A DNA stretch of 64,000 nt from an uncultured bacterium. Lineage in GTDB: Bacteria; Desulfobacterota; GWC2-55-46. The stretch is taken from NCBI GenBank assembly GCA_905339405.1, contig CAJPGC010000034.1, positions 3,052 to 67,051 on the forward strand, given 5' to 3'. The notes under the pieces are model-generated. The model did not search any database. It saw only the letters and a program-made list of their open reading frames with translations, and was not told the DNA's origin. The position numbers and the translations under genes were made by a program. Shown here one piece after another: positions 1-9,068 of this stretch; position 1 is the first letter of the stretch; every line of letters starts with the position of its first letter.

Positions 1-228
1 GATTGGCCCAGGGTAAAAAGGCTTCTCGGCTCGTGGGGCATAACCGACAGGTGGGGAGACTACGAGCTCATTTTCGGCGCGGCCAAGCTTCACCTCAGGA
101 TAGTCGAGGTGCCGGTCCATTACCTTGAGAGGACCTACGGCGAGACGAAGATGACGAAGCGTTTCCAGAACGGCCTCATCATGCTGAGGATGTGTTTCGC
201 CGCTTTGAAAAAATTCAAATTCGTATAA
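1..228 (+). CDS. Glycosyltransferase family 2 (dolichyl-phosphate sugar transferase-like), C-terminal fragment; the 5' end lies outside the window
   Basis: Frame 1 is open from base 1 to TAA at 226-228. The translation ...ELIFGAAKLHLRIVEVPVHYLERTYGETKMTKRFQNGLIMLRMCFAALKKFKFV resembles GT2 C-termini. Confidence 0.5.
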   Translation, partial: DWPRVKRLLGSWGITDRWGDYELIFGAAKLHLRIVEVPVHYLERTYGETKMTKRFQNGLIMLRMCFAALKKFKFV

Positions 229-231
229 AAG

Positions 232-1302
232 GTGCAAATGAAAAAAATTCTCGTGACAGGCTCAAGCGGGCTCATAGGCTCGGAGGCGGTGCAGTACTTC
301 TCGAAAAAAGGCTGGTTCGTCTACGGCATAGACAACAACATGAGGGCCGACTTTTTCGGGCCCAAGGGAGACACCCTCTGGAACCTTGAGAGGCTGCGCT
401 CTAGCGTCAAGAACTTCGAGCACCGCACGATAAACATCCTCGACAGGCCTGCAATCATGGACTTTTTCAAGACAGTTGACGTTGACGCCGTCGTCCACTG
501 CGCCGGGCAGCCTTCGCACGACCTCGCCAAGGACAGGCCGTTCGACGACTTCGAGGTGAACGCCGTCGGCACGCTGAACCTTCTGGAGGCATGCCGCCAG
601 TTCCGCAGGGACTCGCCTTTCGTCTTCATGAGCACAAACAAGGTCTACGGAGACGCCCCCAATTACCTGCCTTTGAAGGAGCTGGACAAGAGGTGGGAGT
701 ACGCCGACCCGAAGGACTTCGGCGGCATCAACGAGTCGTGCAGCATAGACCAGTGCAAGCACAGCCTCTTCGGCGTCTCGAAGGCCGGGGCCGACCTCAT
801 GGTGCAGGAGTACGGCCGCTACTTCGACATGCCGACCGTCTGTTTCAGGGCGGGCTGCATGACCGGGCCAAACCATTCTGGCGTCGAGCTCCACGGCTTT
901 TTGAGCTATCTCGTGAAGGTCATCGTCTCGGGCGGCACCTATACGGTATTCGGGTACAAGGGCAAGCAGGTCAGGGACCAGATACACAGCGTGGACGTCG
1001 TGAGCGCTGCCGAAGCCTACATAGCTGCCCCCAGGCCCGCAGGCGTCTACAACCTCGGCGGCGGCAGGGAGAACAGCGCGTCCATCATGGAGTGCGTGGA
1101 GCTCATAGAGGAGTACTCCGGCAAGAAGTTCAAATCCACATACGACCCGAAAAACCGCGAAGGCGACCACATCTGCTACATAAGCGACCTCACGAAGTTG
1201 AAGCGCGACTACAGCGGCTGGACGATAACAAGGGGCCTCAAGGAGATAGTGAGGGAGCTCGTGGACTTCGAGACGGGGAGCCGCCAGACGGCCGCGAAGT
1301 AA
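232..1302 (+). CDS. NAD-dependent epimerase/dehydratase (nucleotide-sugar epimerase family)
   Basis: N-terminal Rossmann motif VTGSSGLIGSE. Catalytic YxxxK context (YGVSKAGADL). Length 356 aa is typical of SDR-type sugar epimerases. Confidence 0.85.
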   Translation: MQMKKILVTGSSGLIGSEAVQYFSKKGWFVYGIDNNMRADFFGPKGDTLWNLERLRSSVKNFEHRTINILDRPAIMDFFKTVDVDAVVHCAGQPSHDLAKDRPFDDFEVNAVGTLNLLEACRQFRRDSPFVFMSTNKVYGDAPNYLPLKELDKRWEYADPKDFGGINESCSIDQCKHSLFGVSKAGADLMVQEYGRYFDMPTVCFRAGCMTGPNHSGVELHGFLSYLVKVIVSGGTYTVFGYKGKQVRDQIHSVDVVSAAEAYIAAPRPAGVYNLGGGRENSASIMECVELIEEYSGKKFKSTYDPKNREGDHICYISDLTKLKRDYSGWTITRGLKEIVRELVDFETGSRQTAAK

Positions 1303-1303
1303 G

Positions 1304-2029
1304 ATGTCAAAGGAGATACTGGACAGCCACAGGGAGATATGGAACAAGAGGCGGCTCACGAGGTATCTCTACAACGGCTGGTACCGTGATATAGAAAAGG
1401 AGCTCTCGCGGGGACTGACGATAGAGCTCGGGGCCGGGACAGGCAACTTCAAGGAGTTCATGCCTGAGTGCGTCTCAACCGACCTCGTCTGGTGTGAATG
1501 GCTCGACATGGTCCACGACGCCTCTGTCCTGCCTTACAGGGACGGGACTGTCGGCAACTTCGTCCTCATCGACGCCATACACCACATAAGCGACCCCGTA
1601 GCCTCGTTGGCCGAGATGGAGCGGTGCCTTAAAAAAGGCGGCCGCGTCGTTATCCTCGACGTCTTCATCTCGCCCTTCTCCTACCTTTATTACAACTATT
1701 TCCACAAGGAAGACGTCGACCTATCCGCAGACCTCTTTGATTTGAAGGACGCGCGCACTGAGAAAAAGCCCTTCGAGTCGAACCAGGCCATAGCTACCCT
1801 TCTTTTCTTCAGGCAGCTCGAACGCTACTCGGCGAGGTTCCCGTGCCTCAAGCCCGTTAAGAGGGAAGTGAGGGAGTTCCTTCTCTACCCAATGAGCGGC
1901 GGGTTTGAAGGGGCGCAGCTCGCGCCGTTTTTTTTGAAGGGCTTCCTTTCGGCCATCGACAGGGCGGCGATAAAGACGCTGGGCCGCTTCATCGCTGGCC
2001 GCTGCCTCGTGGTGCTCGAGAAGGCTTAA
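1304..2029 (+). CDS. Class I SAM-dependent methyltransferase
   Basis: Motif I LELGAGTGNF and GGRVVILD. The start lies within 2 nt of the upstream stop (1302), suggesting translational coupling with the epimerase. Confidence 0.75.
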   Translation: MSKEILDSHREIWNKRRLTRYLYNGWYRDIEKELSRGLTIELGAGTGNFKEFMPECVSTDLVWCEWLDMVHDASVLPYRDGTVGNFVLIDAIHHISDPVASLAEMERCLKKGGRVVILDVFISPFSYLYYNYFHKEDVDLSADLFDLKDARTEKKPFESNQAIATLLFFRQLERYSARFPCLKPVKREVREFLLYPMSGGFEGAQLAPFFLKGFLSAIDRAAIKTLGRFIAGRCLVVLEKA

Positions 2030-2044
2030 GAGAATAAAAAAGGC

Positions 2045-2077
2045 CGCGGCGCTTTAGCTCCGCGGCCTGAAAAAGCG
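2045..2077. terminator. Bidirectional intrinsic terminator (GC hairpin flanked by an A-run and a T-run)
   Basis: ggccgcggcgctttagctccgcggcc hairpin. It is preceded by aaaaaaa on + and followed on the minus strand by a T-run. It sits between the convergent methyltransferase (+) and usp (-) genes. Confidence 0.5.
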
Positions 2078-2083
2078 GTTTTG

Positions 2084-2533
2084 TTATCTTTTCGCCGGCG
2101 GGATGACAAGCACCGGACAGGTCGATTTCCTGAGGATCCTTTCGGTAGTGCTGCCGACAAGAAGCCTGTCGATGCCTCCCTTGCCGTATGAGCCCATGAC
2201 GACGAGGTCGCATTTGCTCGATTTTATCGCGCCGAGTATCTCCCTGTAGGGCACGCCGCTGAGGACCGCTGTCTTTACTTTATCATAGCCCTTGAACTTC
2301 CTTGCGGCGAACTTCTTTAATTCCTCCTGGGCTTTTTTTGCCGCCTTCTTCTCGAATTCCATCGAAGAGACGAGAGGGATGATATCGTCGCTTACGCTGA
2401 CGACGTGCACTACGTGGAGCTCAGCGTCGTCTCTTTTGGCGAGCATCAATGCGTATTCGGAGGCCTTTTCCGAATACTCGGTGAAGTCTACCGGCAGCAG
2501 TATGTTCGTGAAACCTGTCCTGGTCCTTGTCAT
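2084..2533 (-). CDS. uspA: Universal stress protein (UspA family)
   Basis: NILLPVDFTEYSEKA ... VVMGSYGKGGIDRLLVGSTTERILRKSTCPVLVIP is the canonical Usp ATP-binding C-terminus. Confidence 0.85.
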   Translation of the reverse strand: MTRTRTGFTNILLPVDFTEYSEKASEYALMLAKRDDAELHVVHVVSVSDDIIPLVSSMEFEKKAAKKAQEELKKFAARKFKGYDKVKTAVLSGVPYREILGAIKSSKCDLVVMGSYGKGGIDRLLVGSTTERILRKSTCPVLVIPPAKR

Positions 2534-2685
2534 TGGCTTGCTCCTTTCCGAATGGACGTATTGTCATTTGTCAGCAAGCCACATGATATTTCAGGACAGG
2601 TGATTTTTCAACCTTTTTCGGACGGTAAAAGAGGAAGACGGCAGGCGAGCGCCGCGAGTGCGCGGCCTAAGTCTCAGGGGAACCC

Positions 2686-2722
2686 CCTTCCGCCGGACGG
2701 AAGGGGGTTTTTATTTTTCAGG
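2686..2722. terminator. GC hairpin followed by a T-run on the + strand, with no + strand gene upstream (orphan or bidirectional terminator)
   Basis: cccccttccgccggacggaagggggtttttattttt. It is located just 3' of the stop of the minus-strand gene 2718-3170. Confidence 0.4.
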
Positions 2723-3170
2723 CGGCTTTTTTCCAGACCTTGTTGTCTATGCACTCTTCTACATAGGTCAGGTGGCGCTGCTCGTCCCTGTAGTTCTTTT
2801 CGATGACGCTCCTTATGTTCGCCGGGAAGTCCTGGTCGATTGCCTTTGCGTAACGCTTGTTCGTCAGGTTCTCTCCTCCCTTGAGCGACTTCAACGCGCC
2901 CTCTGTCCCTGAAAGGCTTCTTATCTTGGAGAAGACGTCGAGCATGTAGCCCTTGAGGTCGGGGGAGAAGTCAGGGGCCTTTTCCTTGTAGGAATGGATC
3001 AGGGCGGAGAGGTCTTTGATATGGCGTTCATGGTCCGCCCTGTAATGCTCTATCTGCCTTTTTACCTCCGGGACGTCGATGTGATGGAGGCATTCGTTAT
3101 ACGCGTGTACCGCGTCGATATCGAGCTGGCACAGGCTCTTGAGTTCCTTTATTATTTCGCTGTTCTCCAT
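2718..3170 (-). CDS. Ferritin-like four-helix-bundle protein (DUF2383/PA2169-like)
   Basis: 150 aa, charged helical protein with repeated H/E residues (HAYNECLHH, HYRADHERH, RDEQRH) typical of ferritin-like stress proteins. The family assignment is from memory. Confidence 0.5.
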   Translation of the reverse strand: MENSEIIKELKSLCQLDIDAVHAYNECLHHIDVPEVKRQIEHYRADHERHIKDLSALIHSYKEKAPDFSPDLKGYMLDVFSKIRSLSGTEGALKSLKGGENLTNKRYAKAIDQDFPANIRSVIEKNYRDEQRHLTYVEECIDNKVWKKAA

Positions 3171-3299
3171 ATGACCCTCCTTTGTCGATTTGTTATAAAA
3201 AGAGTATAATCCGGATCCTGAGTAGATGTGGGAAAAAAGACCCGGATGCGCGGCGCCCCGTTGAGCAGCCGCGTTACCGGGCCTTGATTTGAAGACTCC

Positions 3300-3992
3300 T
3301 CAGGCTGCCCTGCCTGTCTCGTCTTCCAGCTTCTTCTCCGCTTTTTCAGCCGTCTCGGCTGCCTTCTCCCTCAAGGCCGAACCGGCCTCGCCAAGCACTT
3401 CGCGTTCTTTTTCAGTCACCGGCAATCCGAGCCCCAGGGCAGAACCTATGGCGAACGCGGCAGCAGCGAAAGCCAGCGGGTTGTTCTCCAGGAGGTCTTG
3501 GAAAACTCCTTTTACCTCACCGGCCTTTCCCCGCAGTTCTTCTCCGGCAACCCCGGTCTTACCGCTTACGCTGCCCCTGAGCCTTTCGGCCTTTTCGCGG
3601 GCCTTGCGGCTGATGTCGTGGACCTTTTCGGTGATTTCACCGGCCTTGCCTTCGCCAGTGACATCCATTCCGGTTTCATGGCGTCTGCCCTCGGAGCCTC
3701 TGGCGAAAAGGAGTATCAGCCCGGCTCCGGCCATCGCCGCAGGTATGGGGTTGTTTCGTATTGTGTCGACGAGAGTCGAGCCGGTATCCCTTGCCTTTGA
3801 GCCCGGCCTTGTCATCGACCTTATCTCGTCCCATGCCCGGTCTTTCAGCCGCTCTGCCGAGAACCTGTCCATTATCTCGTCAATGGTCCCGCTCAGGCGG
3901 GCGCGGCTCCGCACTATTTCCTGGTGGATTTCCCTGCGCTCCTTGTGGAACTCCTTGCGGGAATCATCCCTTATACTTTTTCTTTCAGCCAT
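3300..3992 (-). CDS. Stress-associated membrane-anchored protein (DUF883/DUF3618-like)
   Basis: Highly charged coiled-coil-like sequence with a single hydrophobic segment (IPAAMAGAGLILLF). It is clustered with other YqjD/ElaB-like genes. Confidence 0.4.
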   Translation of the reverse strand: MAERKSIRDDSRKEFHKERREIHQEIVRSRARLSGTIDEIMDRFSAERLKDRAWDEIRSMTRPGSKARDTGSTLVDTIRNNPIPAAMAGAGLILLFARGSEGRRHETGMDVTGEGKAGEITEKVHDISRKAREKAERLRGSVSGKTGVAGEELRGKAGEVKGVFQDLLENNPLAFAAAAFAIGSALGLGLPVTEKEREVLGEAGSALREKAAETAEKAEKKLEDETGRAA

Positions 3993-4396
3993 TTCTCGTC
4001 CTCCCTGAGTGTAGAGATGGTCTCGCGCGGCGTGATGTCGATTTTCCGCATGTCACGGACGCCTTTCTTGACCATGTAGTAGCCGATAAAGCAGGCGGCC
4101 GCTCCTACTATAAGCGCGGATAGCCAGTACGAGAGCACGTTACCGAGCAGCAGGACCGCTGCAGCAACTATCGCGAAAAACCCGGCGTGGAGCACCGCGC
4201 CGCCAATGGCCGCCGACTTCATGTCGCCGGCGGCGCGCGTAAGCTTCGCCGTCATCTCGTTTTTGGCGAGCAGCATCTCCTGCCTCAGGAGGTCTCTGAC
4301 CTCCCAGGACAGGTCGGTCAGGAGCTCGTTGAAAGTCCTTTCCCTCTCCCTTTCCTCTTTTCTTACATAAGACATGGTAGCCTCCTGGGTGGTCAA
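3971..4396 (-). CDS. Putative holin-X / YqjE-like small membrane protein (Phage_holin_3_6-like)
   Basis: 141 aa. Two TM helices (AAIGGAVLHAGFFAIVAAAVLLLG / WLSALIVGAAACFIGYYMV) sit between charged N- and C-terminal regions. The start overlaps the upstream gene end. Confidence 0.5.
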   Translation of the reverse strand: MTTQEATMSYVRKEERERERTFNELLTDLSWEVRDLLRQEMLLAKNEMTAKLTRAAGDMKSAAIGGAVLHAGFFAIVAAAVLLLGNVLSYWLSALIVGAAACFIGYYMVKKGVRDMRKIDITPRETISTLREDEKWLKEKV

Positions 4397-4986
4397 TGCT
4401 CCCGGGTCTCCTGAGCTCCGCTCTTCATGAAGCGCGCGAGCAGGAACCCGGCCGCCAGCGCCCCTCCTATGGCAAGTGCCGGCCTTTCCCTTATGTAGTC
4501 CTCGGCGTCGTTTATCGCCTTGTCGGCGTCACCGTCCCTGAACCGGGCCGAGTACGATTCGATCTGTTCGGCTGACTTGTCTACGAACCTGGCGGTATCG
4601 TCGTAATGCCGGTCGTGAAGGCTCCTCGATGCCTCGTGAAGGGCGGTAGAGACGGCGTTTACCGTGTCTGCCAGGTCGCGCTGTCTGCCTGAGAAAATTT
4701 CCTTGGCGTGGCTCTTCGACTTTGACACAGCCCGCTCTCCAGCTTCGCGGACCTTTTCCCCGGCTTCGTGCTTCTCGCCTGTCCGTGGGAGCTCTTTTTC
4801 GGGCCCGGACGTCTCATAACCCAGCCGCGCCTCGACTTTTATGTATTTTTCCGGGTTCGCGTCGAACAGGGCCTTGCACTGGCGGGTGTCGAACCAGAAT
4901 TCCCGCTCTTCATGGCGGCTGCTGAACCTTTCTTTTTGCATATCTACTTCATTGTTGCATACAGGGTCTTTAACCATGTTCATCAC
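4393..4986 (-). CDS. YHS/TRASH-domain protein fused to a DUF883 (ElaB/YqjD-like) C-terminal membrane anchor
   Basis: N-terminus DPVCNNEVDMQKERFSSRHEEREFWFDTRQCKALFDANPEKYI is YHS-like. C-terminus YIRERPALAIGGALAAGFLLARFMKS is typical of the DUF883 tail. Confidence 0.55.
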   Translation of the reverse strand: MMNMVKDPVCNNEVDMQKERFSSRHEEREFWFDTRQCKALFDANPEKYIKVEARLGYETSGPEKELPRTGEKHEAGEKVREAGERAVSKSKSHAKEIFSGRQRDLADTVNAVSTALHEASRSLHDRHYDDTARFVDKSAEQIESYSARFRDGDADKAINDAEDYIRERPALAIGGALAAGFLLARFMKSGAQETREH

Positions 4987-5156
4987 CTCGTTTTGCGCGT
5001 TCTTTTACAACTCATAACTGACCCTACCGCTGTTCCTTTGTTGGAGCAAGTACGCGTCTTGAAAGGCTTTTCTCGGGCGTTGCAAGGCGGCTGTTTGACA
5101 AGGCTTGCTGGAATGGATAAGCTTCACACTCGAATTCGGGATTACAAGGAGATGAG

Positions 5157-5873
5157 ATGACTTTAGAAGGAATTACAGACCTCAGCGAAAAAGGGGCCGT
5201 GAAGGACGGAGTGCGCCAGGCGAGTGACAGGAGGCTTTTCATGCAGCTTCTTGTTTTCGGCGGCTGCAAGGACACTGCCCCTCTCGTCGATTCATTAAAA
5301 AAAAGCGGCATCCCTTCTGTCCTGTACGCCGACGTAAACAACCCGCAGGGCGTCGGGCTCCTCACAATGAGCGAAGACCCGGCGTTTTTTGTGACGGGGC
5401 TTCGCGGCCTGCTTGGCGGCAAGGAATTTTCTTCCCTTGAGCTCAAAAGCGAATATACGATGCTCGGGCGGACCTACTCGCTCGGCCATGAGGAGAACCT
5501 CGAGGACTGGCTCGTTGGCCGCCCCCCGAGGGTCGTTGCCAACCCCGCGTGGCAGTGGGCTGTCTGGTACCCGCTCCGGAGGAGCGGCTCTTTCGCGCGC
5601 CTTCCTTCCAGAGAGCAGGGCGAGATACTGATGGAGCACGGGGTGATAGGCCGCGCCTTCGGGAAAGCCGACTTGGGCCACGACATACGCCTGTCTTCTT
5701 TCGGCCTCGACAAGAACGACAACGACTTCGTCATCGGGCTCATAGGTAAAGAGCTCTACCCGCTTTCGGCCCTTGTCCAGACGATGCGCAAGACCGTCCA
5801 GACATCGACCTATATCGACAGGATGGGCCCTTTTTTCATAGGCAAGGCGCTCTGGCAATACGGCGGGAAATAG
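5157..5873 (+). CDS. Chlorite dismutase family protein (Cld/HemQ-like heme-binding fold)
   Basis: 238 aa. Recognised from overall resemblance to Cld/HemQ family members. The function in this organism is unknown. Confidence 0.6.
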   Translation: MTLEGITDLSEKGAVKDGVRQASDRRLFMQLLVFGGCKDTAPLVDSLKKSGIPSVLYADVNNPQGVGLLTMSEDPAFFVTGLRGLLGGKEFSSLELKSEYTMLGRTYSLGHEENLEDWLVGRPPRVVANPAWQWAVWYPLRRSGSFARLPSREQGEILMEHGVIGRAFGKADLGHDIRLSSFGLDKNDNDFVIGLIGKELYPLSALVQTMRKTVQTSTYIDRMGPFFIGKALWQYGGK

Positions 5874-5936
5874 GAGAGCCCTTTTTTTTCTGAATCCATG
5901 CCGGACTCTTGACGGTTTCTGGTGTAGAATCCGTTC

Positions 5937-6173
5937 ATGGCAAGGATTCCCGTAAAGGTGAACTCGTATTCCGGCTACAAGGGCGAGGAAAGGCCTGTCT
6001 CCTTCACCATAGGGGACAGGACTTTCCAGGTAGTCGACCTCATCGACAGCTGGTACGGCGAAGGGCACGACTACTTCAAGGTGAGCGCCGACGACAGGTG
6101 CGTCTATATCCTACGCTACGACAGGGACATGGACGAATGGGAGCTCACCATGATGGAAAGCCCTGCCGATTAG
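5937..6173 (+). CDS. Small conserved hypothetical protein (78 aa)
   Basis: Clean ORF with ATG start and no signal peptide. Charged/aromatic composition. No family recognised. Confidence 0.35.
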   Translation: MARIPVKVNSYSGYKGEERPVSFTIGDRTFQVVDLIDSWYGEGHDYFKVSADDRCVYILRYDRDMDEWELTMMESPAD

Positions 6174-6321
6174 CGTTTACAAATCCTTTTCCGTCCTTTC
6201 CCGCATCTTCCGCTCGCTGACTTCCCGCTGAAAAAGCTCTGCTATACTTAAATTTTGCGACTTTTGCGCGTTTACCGTCTGTTTTACCAGCGACGAGGGC
6301 TGACCCGAAAGGAGGCTTTTT

Positions 6322-8193
6322 ATGAAGCTATTGCCGCTCGAGAAGCTCGGTACGAGAGAGTTGGGAAGTGGCAGCGTTCAGTTCGGCATTTTCCTGCCCT
6401 GGGTCAAACCCGAAAACGGCCACAGGCTCTGGGTCAAGGTGATACACGAGAAGGACCAGTTCCTTCAGGACATCCAGCCGCTGATGTTCGAGATGAGCCA
6501 CGAGCAGGACGCCGAGTACGGGGATTACTGGTCAACAAGGGTGGAGATAAACGCGGGGCAAAAGCCGCGTGAGAACTCCGCGTGGGGGACCGAAGGCAGC
6601 TACGTCTACCGCTACTTCCTCGAGAACCCCAGCGCCTCGCGCCTCCAGGACCGTCATATCGACTGGATAATAGACCCCTTCGCAAGGGAATTCGGCGTTG
6701 GCAAGCTCTCTGCCTTCACTCTCGGCTACAAGGCCCGCCAGTGGGACGAGAACGAGTACAGCTGGAAGGTCCCCAAAATAGAGGACGTCGTCCTCTACGA
6801 GCTCATCATCTCGGAGTTCGGCGGCGACATCGAAAAGACCATCGCGCACCTCGATTATCTCACCGACCTCGGGGTCAACTGCATACAGCTCATGCCGGTC
6901 TCAAACGTCTCTAACGTGGTCGACTGGGGTTACCTGCCCATAGGCTATTTCGGAGTTGACGAGAGGTTCGGCAAGAGGGCCGACATGCAAAGGTTCATAG
7001 AGGAGGCGCACAAGAGGTGCATGGCCGTAATCGTGGACTCTGTCTACGGACATACGAGCGAGCATTTCCCTTACTCGTACGTCTACAAGAGGCTCGGCTA
7101 CCACGACAACCCGTTCATAGGGCATTTCGCAAAGGACTACTACGGCGAGAGCACGGATTTCAGGAAGACCTTTACGCAGGACTTTTTCTTTACCGTTAAC
7201 CGCCACTGGCTCGACTGCTACCACGTCGACGGCTTCCGCTACGACTGCGTGCCCGACTGGTGGGACGGCCCGCTCGGCACCGGCTACGCTAACCTTACCT
7301 ACGCTACCTACAAGGACGTGCAGTCTCAGGAGGGCAGGAGCCACTGGCAGCGGTTCATGGTGGAAGGCGGCCTTTCCTTGATCCAGTGCGCCGAGCAGCT
7401 CGAAGGGCCCAGGGAAGTCGTAGAGAGTACCTATACGAACTGCACCTGGCAAGACGAGACGCTCGGGGCCGCTGAAGACGTTGCGAAGGGCAGCAACGAG
7501 GCGCTCCGGCGACTCGGGCTCCAGTTCGGCCTCATAGGCTACCCTGATACGGTCTCCTACAACGGCGACAGGATAAAAAAGACGGCGGTCCAGTACATAG
7601 AGAACCACGACCACGCCCGCTTCATTTGCAACTTCAAGACGTTCCTCAACGGTAACGAGCTTTTGGCCGAGGGGGACAGGTCGCTTTGGTACAAGCTCCA
7701 GCCGTACCTCATCGGCCTTTTCACGGCGAAGGGCATCCCGATGCTCTGGCAGGGGCAGGAGTTCGGCGAGAACTACAACGTGCCGGACCAGGGCTGGGGC
7801 AGGGTGGCCATGTTCAGGCCGCTCAGGTGGGAGTACTTTTACGACGAAGTGGGAAAGAGCATGGTCGGCCTCGTCAGGAAGCTCGTGAAGGTGCGCCAGA
7901 AGGGCGGCCAGTTCAGGGCGGGCGAGCACTTCTTCCATAACGACGACAAGTACATCTCGAGGGGAGTCCTCATTTTCTCGAGGAGGCACGAGGGCGCGTT
8001 CAGCCTTACGGCCTTGAACTTCAGCGACACAGAGCAGACCGTCCCGTATACGTTCCCCGTCGGCGGGGACTACATGGAGGAGCTGCACGGCAGGGAAGGG
8101 GCCGACATAAACCTCTGGAACATCCATGAGGGTGCCGAAGTGGACCTTCCCATACCCGGCAACTACGGTCGCGTGTGGACCGTGGGAGCTTGA
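6322..8193 (+). CDS. Alpha-amylase family glycoside hydrolase (GH13) with an N-terminal CBM48/E-set-like domain (TreZ/GlgX-like)
   Basis: RBS aaaggagg precedes the ATG. GH13 region has DVVLYELIISEFGG, GVNCIQLMPV, GFRYDCV and other conserved blocks. There is no signal peptide. Confidence 0.85.
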   Translation: MKLLPLEKLGTRELGSGSVQFGIFLPWVKPENGHRLWVKVIHEKDQFLQDIQPLMFEMSHEQDAEYGDYWSTRVEINAGQKPRENSAWGTEGSYVYRYFLENPSASRLQDRHIDWIIDPFAREFGVGKLSAFTLGYKARQWDENEYSWKVPKIEDVVLYELIISEFGGDIEKTIAHLDYLTDLGVNCIQLMPVSNVSNVVDWGYLPIGYFGVDERFGKRADMQRFIEEAHKRCMAVIVDSVYGHTSEHFPYSYVYKRLGYHDNPFIGHFAKDYYGESTDFRKTFTQDFFFTVNRHWLDCYHVDGFRYDCVPDWWDGPLGTGYANLTYATYKDVQSQEGRSHWQRFMVEGGLSLIQCAEQLEGPREVVESTYTNCTWQDETLGAAEDVAKGSNEALRRLGLQFGLIGYPDTVSYNGDRIKKTAVQYIENHDHARFICNFKTFLNGNELLAEGDRSLWYKLQPYLIGLFTAKGIPMLWQGQEFGENYNVPDQGWGRVAMFRPLRWEYFYDEVGKSMVGLVRKLVKVRQKGGQFRAGEHFFHNDDKYISRGVLIFSRRHEGAFSLTALNFSDTEQTVPYTFPVGGDYMEELHGREGADINLWNIHEGAEVDLPIPGNYGRVWTVGA

Positions 8194-8232
8194 GTTAACC
8201 AGTAGGCGGCCCTTCTTTATGGAGGGTTTGGA

Positions 8233-8262
8233 GCCGCGGCGTATGCCGCGGCTTTTTCTTTG
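8233..8262 (+). terminator. Intrinsic terminator downstream of the GH13 gene
   Basis: gccgcggcgtatgccgcggc hairpin followed by tttttctttg. Confidence 0.6.
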
Positions 8263-8299
8263 TTGAGGGGACGGCGTCTTTTGGGATAGACTCTTTTTC

Positions 8300-8719
8300 A
8301 TGATAAGGATAACCGGGAACATCTGGATAGACGAGGGCGAGGTCAGGGAGGAGTTCATAAGGGCTTCCGGCCCAGGCGGCCAGCACGTGAACAAGGCCTC
8401 TACAGCCGTGCAGCTGAGGTTCAACGTCGACTCTTCTCCGGGCCTTCCTTCAGACGTGAAGGCGAGGCTCAAGGCTCTGGCCGGCCAGAGGCTGACGTCG
8501 GAGGGCGACATCATCATAACGTCGCGCGAGTCCAGGAGCCGCGAGCAGAACAGGCAGGAAGCCCTCGACAAGCTCGTCGAGCTCATTGAAAAGGCGGCAC
8601 AGAGGCCCAGGGCCAGAAGGAAGACGAAGCCGACGAAAGGGTCGAAGGAAAGGCGTTTAAATGAGAAGGCCAAAAGGGGGGCTGTAAAGAAGATGCGCGG
8701 GAAAAAGGGTGAGGAGTAG
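8300..8719 (+). CDS. arfB: Alternative ribosome-rescue factor ArfB (peptidyl-tRNA hydrolase, YaeJ family)
   Basis: GGQ motif (ASGPGGQHVNK) and a basic C-terminal tail (RKTKPTKGSKERRLNEKAKRG), about 139 aa. Confidence 0.85.
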   Translation: MIRITGNIWIDEGEVREEFIRASGPGGQHVNKASTAVQLRFNVDSSPGLPSDVKARLKALAGQRLTSEGDIIITSRESRSREQNRQEALDKLVELIEKAAQRPRARRKTKPTKGSKERRLNEKAKRGAVKKMRGKKGEE

Positions 8720-9068
8720 GCGGCGAAATCGCCAGCCGGTTTCACGTTGAGCCGGGCAGCACAGGAAGGAGCAGATGAAGCATTACCCGACCTGGTTCGT
8801 GGTTAAAAAGTACGGCCTCATGATATTCGCCGAACAGCCGAAAAGAGCATAGGCGCGGTGAGTCGCTGCTTCGCCCAGGTGACGCAGGCAGCTACAGTTG
8901 TTCTAATTTTGCGCTTGCCTTTTAACTGTTTTTTTAATATTCTTTGTGAATCCATATAAATAAAGAGTCCTCCACGGCCGATGACGCTTCTTGGCCGCGC
9001 TTTTGAATACATTTCAATGGCAGGAGAAGCATAGTCGGGCTCCGGCTTGTGTTTCTACCAATAGAGTC

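Noticed and set aside
262-1359. 365-aa ORF antisense to the epimerase gene, and many similar long antisense or alternative-frame ORFs in the track (e.g. 6901-8745, 11621-13342, 13677-15407, 20780-21823, 24460-25380, 27377-28231, 29748-30665, 40008-40877, 41751-42368, 43902-45158, 48319-49478, 49489-50838, 50879-52057, 57252-58133, 59238-59921)
   Set aside because: They overlap well-supported genes on the opposite strand or frame. They have Arg/Ala/Gly/Pro-rich low-complexity translations typical of GC-rich non-coding frames. They have no recognisable domains.
2292-2912. Short + strand ORFs (2292-2603, 2405-2806, 2658-2912) in the usp / ferritin-like region
   Set aside because: They overlap minus-strand genes or the intergenic promoter region. 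They have low-complexity translations with no RBS or domain.
8775-8852. 26-aa ORF MKHYPTWFVVKKYGLMIFAEQPKRA in the arfB-downstream intergenic region
   Set aside because: It is too short, with no obvious RBS or conservation evidence. It cannot be supported from sequence alone.
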